This document shows positions 27,819-35,155 of a stretch of 35,155 bases of DNA, in pieces; positions within the stretch are counted from its first letter, which is position 1; every line of letters starts with the position of its first letter. The position numbers and the translations under genes are program-made. The notes beneath the pieces are model-generated. The model was given only the letters and a program-made list of their open reading frames with translations, was not told where the DNA came from and did no database searches. Source of the stretch: Candidatus Sysuiplasma jiujiangense (GTDB lineage: Archaea > Thermoplasmatota > Thermoplasmata > Sysuiplasmatales > Sysuiplasmataceae); contig JAHEAD010000019.1 of assembly GCA_019721075.1 (NCBI GenBank), forward strand, positions 1 through 35,155. Direction: 5' to 3'.

Positions 27819-29276
27819 TTACACCAGAGGCGGGGAAAAAGTTGCCCTGAGCAGCCTGTGGTATTCATCAACACTCGTGTGGGCCTGTACAGCACGCTGC
27901 ACGACTTCAGTTAGAGAAGGATGGATGTGCATGGCGTGTGAGATCGTATCCGCATTTCCATGCGATGTGTACATGAGGTTAGTAACTTCCTGAATCAGCA
28001 CGGATGCTTGGGGTCCAATAATGTGTGCGCCGAGTATGGAGTGATCACTGGCGAGCATGATTATCTTGACAAAGCAGTCATGAACGTTCATTGCCTGTCC
28101 TTTTGCTGTATCCTCATATTTTTTGAAACCAATCAGTATGTTTTCCTTTCCATGCACAGCCGTAGCCTCACTTTCGGACATGCCCACACCTGCAACCTCA
28201 GGCATCGTAAAAACAGCATGCGGAACAGCATGATAGTCTGCAGATATCTTCCTGCCAAGAATTGCGTTGTAATAGACTATAATGGATTCGTAATTTGCGA
28301 CATGCTTGAACAGGTGTTTTCCATTCGCATCCCCGAATGCCCATATGCCCGGCTGCGTTGTTTCAAGATATTCATTTACACGGATCCAGCCCTCAGTAGC
28401 GGTCTCAATGCCGGAACGCTCGGGATGCAGAATATGGGAATTAGATCGTCTGCCGGAAGCAATCATTATCTCTTCAGCCGACACACTTCCCGGAGATTTA
28501 TCTGATTTATTCATGTATTCTATCCTTTTCAATCCGTTCTCCGACGTTACCGCAGTCACTTCGCAGTTAGTCATCACACGCATCCTGCTAGAAAGATTTC
28601 TTCTGGCGAGTTCGGATATTTCAGGTTCCTCCCCGGGGAGGATTCTCCTGTTTCTTCCTATGACTGTAACCTCAGATCCCATCGAGGAAAAGAAATGACC
28701 GTATTCAGCCGCGATGTAGCCGCCCCCCACGATGCATACCGAGGAGGGCAGCCTCTTGAGGAACAGCACGGAGTCGCTAGTCAGATAATTAATGCTCTCA
28801 AGCCCTTTTATATTCGGGATAGCAATCGCGGAGCCCGTGCAGAGCAGAATTGTACGGGCCCTTATTGTATGCTCTCCGATCTTCATGGTATAGGGTTCAA
28901 CAAATTCGGCCACATCATGGTAATAATCTACGTTCGGCGAAGATGTCAATCCCTTTCTTATCGTCCCTATTTCGCTGTCAATAATATCGCGCATTCTCCT
29001 CATAACACTGGCGAAGTCAATGTTCCGAATATTCGCAGATATGCCAAATGCCTTTGCGCTGTCTATGGTTGCAACAACTTCAGCAGGGTAGAGTAGAAGC
29101 TTCGAAGGTATGCATCCGCGCGTAAGGCATATCCCCCCCGGCTCGTCCTTATCTATTACTGCAACACGCGCCTCCGGATTATTTTCCAGGTAGGCAGTGA
29201 CTATGTTCATCGCAGAACCAGTACCGACTGCGATTATATCGTACTCTTTCGTTTTGCGTATATTTTGTAATTTCAT
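27819..29276 (-). CDS. Class I pyridine nucleotide-disulfide oxidoreductase (Lpd/mycothione reductase-like)
   Basis: GGICLTRGCIPSK, GGGYIA and HIHPSLTE; no C-terminal CC, so not MerA. Confidence 0.88.
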   Translation of the reverse strand: MKLQNIRKTKEYDIIAVGTGSAMNIVTAYLENNPEARVAVIDKDEPGGICLTRGCIPSKLLLYPAEVVATIDSAKAFGISANIRNIDFASVMRRMRDIIDSEIGTIRKGLTSSPNVDYYHDVAEFVEPYTMKIGEHTIRARTILLCTGSAIAIPNIKGLESINYLTSDSVLFLKRLPSSVCIVGGGYIAAEYGHFFSSMGSEVTVIGRNRRILPGEEPEISELARRNLSSRMRVMTNCEVTAVTSENGLKRIEYMNKSDKSPGSVSAEEIMIASGRRSNSHILHPERSGIETATEGWIRVNEYLETTQPGIWAFGDANGKHLFKHVANYESIIVYYNAILGRKISADYHAVPHAVFTMPEVAGVGMSESEATAVHGKENILIGFKKYEDTAKGQAMNVHDCFVKIIMLASDHSILGAHIIGPQASVLIQEVTNLMYTSHGNADTISHAMHIHPSLTEVVQRAVQAHTSVDEYHRLLRATFSPPLV

Positions 29277-29351
29277 TGAATCAAGACCATTCCAAGTTCA
29301 TGCTCGCTGTACGGTAACATTCCGAATGAAATAACTGAACTGTTCAGAAAG

Positions 29352-29552
29352 GTAAAAGGTTTCTCCATGTATTTACATGGAGTGCGATTTCTTCCCGTGC
29401 ACCATGAGTTCGCCCTGCGTTTCAAACTCCGCGCCGCATGCCTTGCACTTAAAGTGCTCATGTGCATGCGTCTCCTGCTTCGCTCCATGGGCAGTCTGTC
29501 CATGCTGCATCAGCGCCTCCTGTGTCGGGAATGACATGCCGCAGGCAGGACA
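29352..29552 (+). repeat. 201-bp direct repeat, copy 2
   Basis: Matches 27461-27661. Confidence 0.95.
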
Positions 29553-30179
29553 GGTAAGTTCTTTCCTGCCGCTGCTCTCTCTTGAAACAAACATGCCGGC
29601 CCCTGCTCCAAGTATGGCGCCCCAGGTTATTCCGAGCAGCAGGTGTACAAAGAAAAACGCCCCGAGAACAGAGGGCAGCATTCCCGTAAGCTTCTGCTTG
29701 ACCATTGGCATTACTGCCGCAACAGACATGCCTGACGAGCTCGCCATGTAATACGATACAGCCAGCACCATCGATTTTTCCAGACTCAGCATCATGACAG
29801 GGAGACCGAAGACGATAAAGAGTACAACTCCGGCGAGAATCCCGACAAGGAATCCCTTTCGGACGCCGTTCACAAAGAACCATTTCTTCAACCCTAATGT
29901 AACACCTGCGCCTATCAGTCCAAGAAGCGCACCGTCGAAAAGATGTATGGCAAGTCCTCCCATTACGGTTGACGTACCGCCTGAAACAGGTAACCCGATA
30001 GTTAAGCCGAGTGCCATCATCATGGCCAGGGGAGGCAGCCCCATTGACGCAAGAATCCCGGTCATTACAAGACCCATTACGAGTGCGCCTATCAAACCTG
30101 CAAACACCGAGAGACCGACATATTTTTTGTAATTCACCAAACCTTCGCTTTTTTTGACTTTTGTATCAGACTCTGACAA
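29373..30179 (-). CDS. Met/Gly-rich membrane protein with intramembrane His, fused to tandem C2H2 fingers
   Basis: Multiple TM helices including LAIHLFDG and FFVHLLLG; C-terminus nearly identical to the 27482-27679 protein. TTG start. Confidence 0.8.
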   Translation of the reverse strand: MSESDTKVKKSEGLVNYKKYVGLSVFAGLIGALVMGLVMTGILASMGLPPLAMMMALGLTIGLPVSGGTSTVMGGLAIHLFDGALLGLIGAGVTLGLKKWFFVNGVRKGFLVGILAGVVLFIVFGLPVMMLSLEKSMVLAVSYYMASSSGMSVAAVMPMVKQKLTGMLPSVLGAFFFVHLLLGITWGAILGAGAGMFVSRESSGRKELTCPACGMSFPTQEALMQHGQTAHGAKQETHAHEHFKCKACGAEFETQGELMVHGKKSHSM

Positions 30180-30345
30180 TTACATCACTGACCTTCTCAG
30201 ATGCGTTCCTTTTGAAGATGGTTCTGTTGAATGATTAAAAATCAAACCAGATCATCAAAACGGTACTTTAAGTCGTGAAGAATGTGGCGGCTTAACCTAT
30301 GGGCATGATATCGATGTGTACGCTCGGATACTGCGGCGATATTCT

Positions 30346-30711
30346 TCAGTTTTGCATGAATTTCAGTATTATGCAATCTTTCTCGCTTGCATTCTCTATC
30401 GCCCATTCGATTATCGGAAGGACCGCATTTCTGAGCCTTATCCCTTCTTCTGTCAGACGGTATTCAACCCTCGGAGGAATTTCGCTGTATGCTCTTCGTT
30501 CCAGTATTCCTGCTTTTGTAAGATAGCCCAGTGAATCGGAAAGGCTCTTGGGGCTTACCCCCTGCAGGCTGTCCATGATTTCCTTATAACGCATGGAATC
30601 TTTGCTGCCCACGACAGCAACAAGCAGAAGGGACCACTTTCTGGAAATCACATCTGCTATGCCCTGTACCGGGCAGTTAAACAGCACGTTTCCCTTACTT
30701 TCCCCTGCCAT
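30346..30711 (-). CDS. HxlR-family (HypR/YodB-like) regulator with N-terminal Cys
   Basis: NCPV..IADVISRKWSLL, SPKSLS and EIPPRVEYRLTEEG; second Cys near the C-terminus. Confidence 0.9.
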   Translation of the reverse strand: MAGESKGNVLFNCPVQGIADVISRKWSLLLVAVVGSKDSMRYKEIMDSLQGVSPKSLSDSLGYLTKAGILERRAYSEIPPRVEYRLTEEGIRLRNAVLPIIEWAIENASEKDCIILKFMQN

Positions 30712-30720
30712 ACTTGATAC

Positions 30721-30753
30721 AGCACTATAAAGTAAATACTATTAATACTTTAT
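30721..30753. promoter_or_regulatory. Divergent promoter and candidate HxlR operator
   Basis: 53-bp AT-rich intergenic region containing the inverted repeat ATAAAGTA-N11-TACTTTAT (30727-30753). Confidence 0.4.
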
Positions 30754-30764
30754 TTTATATACTA

Positions 30765-30995
30765 ATGCCGCAGAAGGCAACAGAAATGCAGGAAAGGATA
30801 CTGGTTTTGAAAGTGAAGGGAATGCATTGCCAGGGCTGCTCCGACTCGATTGCGAGGGAATTGAATGTGTCCGCAGGCGTTAAGAAAACAGCGATCGAGC
30901 TGACTACCGGTAAGGTAAAGATTGTTTTCGATCCGGATGAAACTGATGAAGAACTGATCAGGAATAAGATAATCGGAATGGGATTTGACATATGA
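30765..30995 (+). CDS. CopZ-like HMA chaperone
   Basis: GMHCQGC motif; ATG at 30765 or 30786. Confidence 0.88.
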   Translation: MPQKATEMQERILVLKVKGMHCQGCSDSIARELNVSAGVKKTAIELTTGKVKIVFDPDETDEELIRNKIIGMGFDI

Positions 30996-31015
30996 TGATC
31001 CGGTGAAGACAGAAT

Positions 31016-33505
31016 GTGGAGGCACCCGAATTGAGTCACAATGCAGCCGGTGATCCAGCGCATGATGCTGGTGGTCTGATGGAATCCAAACACAGGGTGA
31101 AAATTGGAGGTGTTCACTGCTCTTTCTGCTCGAGTACAATATCAAAGGGGCTGTCAGCAATCCCCGGCATAACGGGCGTTAATGTAAATCTTGGCCATGA
31201 AGAGGCACTCATTCACTATGACGCAGAGAAGGTGCAGCCATGGCAGATCGAAGAAGAGCTGCGGAAGCTCGGATATGCTGTCAGAGATCCTGACAAAGTC
31301 AGAACATTTGAAGAAGAGGAGACGGAACTCAGGAAAGAGCAGAGAAGACTGATACTCAGCGCAATATTGACATTTTCAACGATTGCGGTCATGGGACTGA
31401 AGTATTTTCATGTCATAAAAATGTATGTCGCAGCATACTCTGTCCTATCATTTGCGACTGTAAACGTCTTCTGGTTCGGCAGACCGATTCTTAAAAGCGC
31501 TGCATACTCATTGAGAAGAAAAATACTCAATCAGCACGTGCTCATGGAATTTGCCGCTTTTGGGGGTCTGGCCGGAGGTCTTTTGGGACTCTTTATCTAC
31601 AGGGGATTCCCTGCAGTCGAGTTTTTTGCAATTGCTGTTTTCATAACGTCATACCACATTCTGGGAGGATATGCGTCTCTCCGAGTCAGAACGCGCTCGA
31701 CACAGTCGGTACGTAAGCTCCTTTCACTGCAGCCTGATGTTGCGCACCTTGTCGATAAAGACGGAACTGAAACAGTTGTTCCCGTCGAACAAGTTAATGC
31801 CGGCGATCTTGTGCGAATAAGACCCGGCGAATCAATACCTGTAGATGGAAAGGTCGTCGAAGGACAGTCGACCGTTGACGAAAGCCTGGTTACCGGAGAA
31901 TCGGTGCCATCAGAGAAGTACATCGGGAGTGAGGTCATTGGTGGCACACTTAACGGTAACGGAACTCTTCTGGTGCGTGTGACCAGGATCGGGAAGGAGA
32001 GCTTTCTGCAACAGGTTGCAGAATATATCGAAGACGCAAGATCTCTGAAACCAGGTATACTGCAATTACTCGATACTGTACTTCGCTACTTTGTACCTGG
32101 TGTTTTGATTGCTGCCGTTTCGGGTTTCATCATCTGGAGTCTGGGCGAATGGTTATTCACGGGTGCTCCAGACTTCTATCGGGCTGTCTTCGCTGCGCTG
32201 GCTGTTCTCGTTATGGGTTATCCATGTGCGCTCGGAATGTCAACACCGCTTGCTATGATGAGGGGAAGCACAATGGCTGCGGAAAAAGGTATACTTTTCA
32301 GGAGTGCGGATGCATTCCATGTATTTCACGAGATAGACACAGTGGTGTTAGACAAGACTGGCACCCTTACAGAGGGAAGGCCCGATGTTTCTTCGATACT
32401 GTGCGGCTCAGGGTATGGCGAGAAGGAAGTTCTCGGTATTGCGGGCGCGCTGGAGAGATATTCGGAGCACCCATACGCAAGAGCGATAGTGAGGAAGGCG
32501 ACGGAGTATCCCACGGAGATAACAGCAGTCGAGAATTTCTCTGCCGTACCCGGGAAGGGAGTGACAGGCACTGTCAAGGAAAAGAGAGCGGCTGTCGGAA
32601 CAATCGATTTTCTGATCGAATCCGGCAACAGGCTGTCAACCGGACTGCTGCATGGATCCTCGGGGCACACAAACGGAGATGAAACCGTTGTCGGTGTGTC
32701 GTATGATGGCGATATCATAGGATTAATCACCCTTTCGGACAAAATTAAGGACGATGCAGCCAGTACTATTGCTATTTTGAAAGACAGATATCATCTCAGA
32801 ACCGTGATGATTACAGGCGACAGTTACGGTCCCGCAGCACGTGTGGCCAGAAAGACAGGCGTGGACATGTTCTTCGCATCCGTGCTGCCAAACGGCAAAG
32901 CGGAAAAGATCCGTGAGCTCCAGTCACAGGGGCACCGGGTGCTGATGGTAGGTGACGGGATAAACGACGCGCCGTCACTCATGCAGGCTGATATAGGTGT
33001 TGCACTGGGCAGTGGCACAGACATTGCGATAGAGTCGGCTGATGTGGTGATTGTCGGCAGAAGTCTCGGCGCAATAGCAGATGCTTATAGTATAGGACTG
33101 AAGAGCTACAGGAAGACAAAGCAGAATCTGGCAATTGCTTTCTCGTTCAACGGTGTGGGAGTTCCCATAGCCGCCACCGGCCTTGTAGACCCGATATGGG
33201 CAATGATAGCGATGGCGCTCAGCGTAACTGCTGTACTGTCAAATTCATTCATTGGAACATTGTTTATGCGGGGAAGAGCGGGGGCTGATCGCAGGACATT
33301 AGTCCATACATTGTCGCTCGATGTACCGTGGGTAGATTCTGTATCGTCACTGGAAAGGGTGGTGGACGTGGTTTCCGATCTGGACGGTGTCCTTTCAGTG
33401 AGCGGGAATATTTACAGAAAGGAGCTTACTGTACATTATGAAGACGGGGACGGCAGATCGATAGAGCAATGTATCCGCAGGACTGTGGATAATCGAAATT
33501 ATTGA
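31016..33505 (+). CDS. P1B-type heavy-metal ATPase with YPC motif
   Basis: N-terminal GVHCSFC, TGES, GYPCALG, DKTGT, SEHP and GDGIND; Cys-less HMA-like C-terminal domain. Start may be ATG 31079. Confidence 0.93.
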   Translation: MEAPELSHNAAGDPAHDAGGLMESKHRVKIGGVHCSFCSSTISKGLSAIPGITGVNVNLGHEEALIHYDAEKVQPWQIEEELRKLGYAVRDPDKVRTFEEEETELRKEQRRLILSAILTFSTIAVMGLKYFHVIKMYVAAYSVLSFATVNVFWFGRPILKSAAYSLRRKILNQHVLMEFAAFGGLAGGLLGLFIYRGFPAVEFFAIAVFITSYHILGGYASLRVRTRSTQSVRKLLSLQPDVAHLVDKDGTETVVPVEQVNAGDLVRIRPGESIPVDGKVVEGQSTVDESLVTGESVPSEKYIGSEVIGGTLNGNGTLLVRVTRIGKESFLQQVAEYIEDARSLKPGILQLLDTVLRYFVPGVLIAAVSGFIIWSLGEWLFTGAPDFYRAVFAALAVLVMGYPCALGMSTPLAMMRGSTMAAEKGILFRSADAFHVFHEIDTVVLDKTGTLTEGRPDVSSILCGSGYGEKEVLGIAGALERYSEHPYARAIVRKATEYPTEITAVENFSAVPGKGVTGTVKEKRAAVGTIDFLIESGNRLSTGLLHGSSGHTNGDETVVGVSYDGDIIGLITLSDKIKDDAASTIAILKDRYHLRTVMITGDSYGPAARVARKTGVDMFFASVLPNGKAEKIRELQSQGHRVLMVGDGINDAPSLMQADIGVALGSGTDIAIESADVVIVGRSLGAIADAYSIGLKSYRKTKQNLAIAFSFNGVGVPIAATGLVDPIWAMIAMALSVTAVLSNSFIGTLFMRGRAGADRRTLVHTLSLDVPWVDSVSSLERVVDVVSDLDGVLSVSGNIYRKELTVHYEDGDGRSIEQCIRRTVDNRNY

Positions 33506-34129
33506 TGCACAATCTCAAGGCCGGTCATTTCGACTGAAAGCGGTATGCAATTCGTCGAAGTGCTGTTCGCCCAATTCGGGGTTCTGTTCGTATGTCATGT
33601 ATGTTCAGAGCAATCATGTCGCTGTTATCCGGCATTATTCCAGGAAAGACAGTTGTTCCTATGCTGCCTTGAAGATTCCCCCTTTCCATTTATTTGCAGG
33701 AATTTCTCCTGAGCGTTCCAAGCAGCCTTTAACCAAACTGTCTCTCTCCGAACTGCAGCCATCGCCGGCACCGTTGAACGGTAAATAGCCATAGATGGGA
33801 ATGAAAGTGTCTGTCAGGCAGTGCAATGAGGACCAATGCAGCACAGACAAATTTAGAGGTGCCTGTGGTGTGCATTTCGGCGGACACAGCAGTGTATGCG
33901 CTTTACCATTTGTGCTGGCGCCCGAAGTCTCCGTCAGCAGGTGCCGTTGCCAGTGACTGAGATGCTGCACTGGTCTGTTTTTCATTTTTCCATCCTGGAG
34001 AGTGCCCTTCTTCGCCTTGAATATAATATAAACCTGAGGCCGGATTTTGGCAAAAACGGAAGTGAATTTGATACAAGCGCGCAAATGACGGTAACAACTG
34101 TTCGATGCGGGTATGATTAAACAACCAAC

Positions 34130-34292
34130 GGATGCAGTTTACCTTCATATATCCGGAATTTGCCCTCTGAAATTCCATGTCTGGCGTTATTATTTTCTCA
34201 ATCTGGAAAGCTCTTTCCTTCAGTCCTATTGCATACGCAAGATGCAGAAGATCCGCCGAACTTAGCTTTGTTTCCTATATGAGTTCCAGACC
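34130..34292 (-). pseudogene. PIN-domain toxin remnant
   Basis: Reads GLELI*ETKLSSADLLHLAYAIGL...KIITPDMEF, matching the PIN DxxHLAxA...ITxD motif, with an in-frame TAG at 34275-34277. Confidence 0.5.
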
Positions 34293-34534
34293 TGCAGCAA
34301 TCATGCAGGAAGGCATTCTGATGCGTCAATAACGTGTGTTGCTGTTCTTTCCTGCCCTTGGTGAATGGCCTGATGTAATATTTCTGCATGAGATTGAAAA
34401 GTCTGAAAACGCCGGAACCAGAGTGCGTCAAGCGCTAATGGCTTAATTGTACCGGCACCCCCCTCGTTTCTACCGTCGGGTTCAAGGCCGACCACATTTT
34501 TTACTTCCAGCTTTCAAAACATCTACGTCTAATC

Positions 34535-34777
34535 CGGGTGCATGCCATTCCGGGATTGTCCCGTTACCTTGCCCTTCTGAGTGCAGATCTCAGCTCTGTC
34601 TCGAATTCATCGGGTCTGGAGAGGTTTATCAGATGGTCTGCCCCCGGGACAATGACCAGCTTGGAATCTGGAATTTCCCTGGATACGAGTTTTGCAAAGG
34701 GCAACGATGAACGATCATCCCTGTCACCCACGAGGACTGTTGTCGGCGTATGAACAGTCTTCAGAAGAGGGGAGGCA
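34535..34777 (+). repeat. 243-bp direct repeat, copy 2
   Basis: Matches 5172-5414. Confidence 0.95.
34564..34777 (-). pseudogene. 3' fragment of the alpha/beta hydrolase
   Basis: Only the last ~70 codons (VGDRD...ADH...) are present; no start codon and no nucleophile motif. Confidence 0.85.
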
Positions 34778-34818
34778 TGTCGCCGATTTTGCCAGGAAAC
34801 GGAGCGCAGACGGCTGGC

Positions 34819-35060
34819 TCAGTTTACATTCACAGTGGCTATGTCCCCCACTTTCCTTCCTTTTACCAGGGCATAGATTATGCCTGCGATGATCCAGATG
34901 CCTGCAATATACGCATAGACGTTGTACGGAAATGCCGGAAAGGGAACAAAGGAATAGTAGATGGCAAGGATGAGAAGGGCCGAACCAAGCAGGGGAATTA
35001 TGACATGCGTTACGGGATTCAGCTTTATTGCTTTCTTCCTGACATACCGGATCAGAGCTA
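34819..35060 (-). pseudogene. C-terminal part of an APC-type amino acid permease interrupted by an IS
   Basis: ALIRY...HVIIPLLGS...YYSFVPFPAFPY...WIIAGIIY, the last TM helices; the frame runs into the IS TIR. Confidence 0.65.
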
Positions 35061-35155
35061 TGGCGGCCATAAAGGGTTAGGAAAATAAGCGTTTTTGATT
35101 CGATTTTTGAATTGCCAGTGTGCTCGGACCGAAGAGTCTAAATAGTTAGTAGTAT
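35061..35155 (+). mobile_element. Left end of an IS of the same type as at 1-92
   Basis: TGGCGGCCATAAAGGGTTAGG TIR (35061-35081) preceded by CTA, followed by non-coding DNA with a TATA-like TAAATA. Confidence 0.65.

Noticed and set aside
27819..29276. Second merA copy
   Set aside because: It lacks the C-terminal Cys pair and has the HPxxxE motif of Lpd/Mtr-type reductases.
34564..34821. Hydrolase fragment is in frame with the permease stop codon (possible readthrough fusion)
   Set aside because: One-in-three chance, and the fragment lacks the catalytic Ser.
1..35155. Window as a complete circular plasmid or TIR-bounded 35-kb transposon
   Set aside because: It contains a tRNA and a housekeeping FKBP gene but no rep gene or intact transposase. 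The TIRs are better read as ends of flanking IS copies.

Overview
Archaeal genomic DNA. The long-type FKBP, HTH_10 and Csa3-like regulators and GGTGA/GAGG ribosome-binding sites are consistent with an acidophilic Thermoplasmatota-like organism; this taxonomy is inference. Both window ends stop in the terminal inverted repeats of one IS type (21-bp TIR, apparent TA duplication at a CTAG target). From left to right: (1) two orphan PD-(D/E)XK nuclease genes downstream of tRNA-Arg(CCT); (2) an FKBP PPIase, a membrane-anchored surface protein and an alpha/beta hydrolase; (3) a non-phosphorylative L-rhamnose catabolism cluster (mutarotase, SDR dehydrogenase, degenerate MBL hydrolase, rhamnonate dehydratase, DHDPS-type aldolase, MDR dehydrogenase, MFS, HTH_10 regulator) joined to LutAB-like lactate oxidation genes; (4) gene debris; (5) a mercury-resistance operon with a divergent HxlR regulator; (6) GtrA, VapBC and DsrE+SQR-like genes; (7) a CARF-wHTH regulator; (8) an HxlR / membrane-ZnF / flavin disulfide reductase / ZnF / OsmC redox module; (9) CopZ and a YPC-type P1B ATPase; (10) pseudogene fragments and an IS-interrupted amino acid permease. 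A 243-bp direct repeat (3' end of the hydrolase gene) brackets about 29 kb of this accessory cargo. All calls are by eye from motifs; no searches were run.
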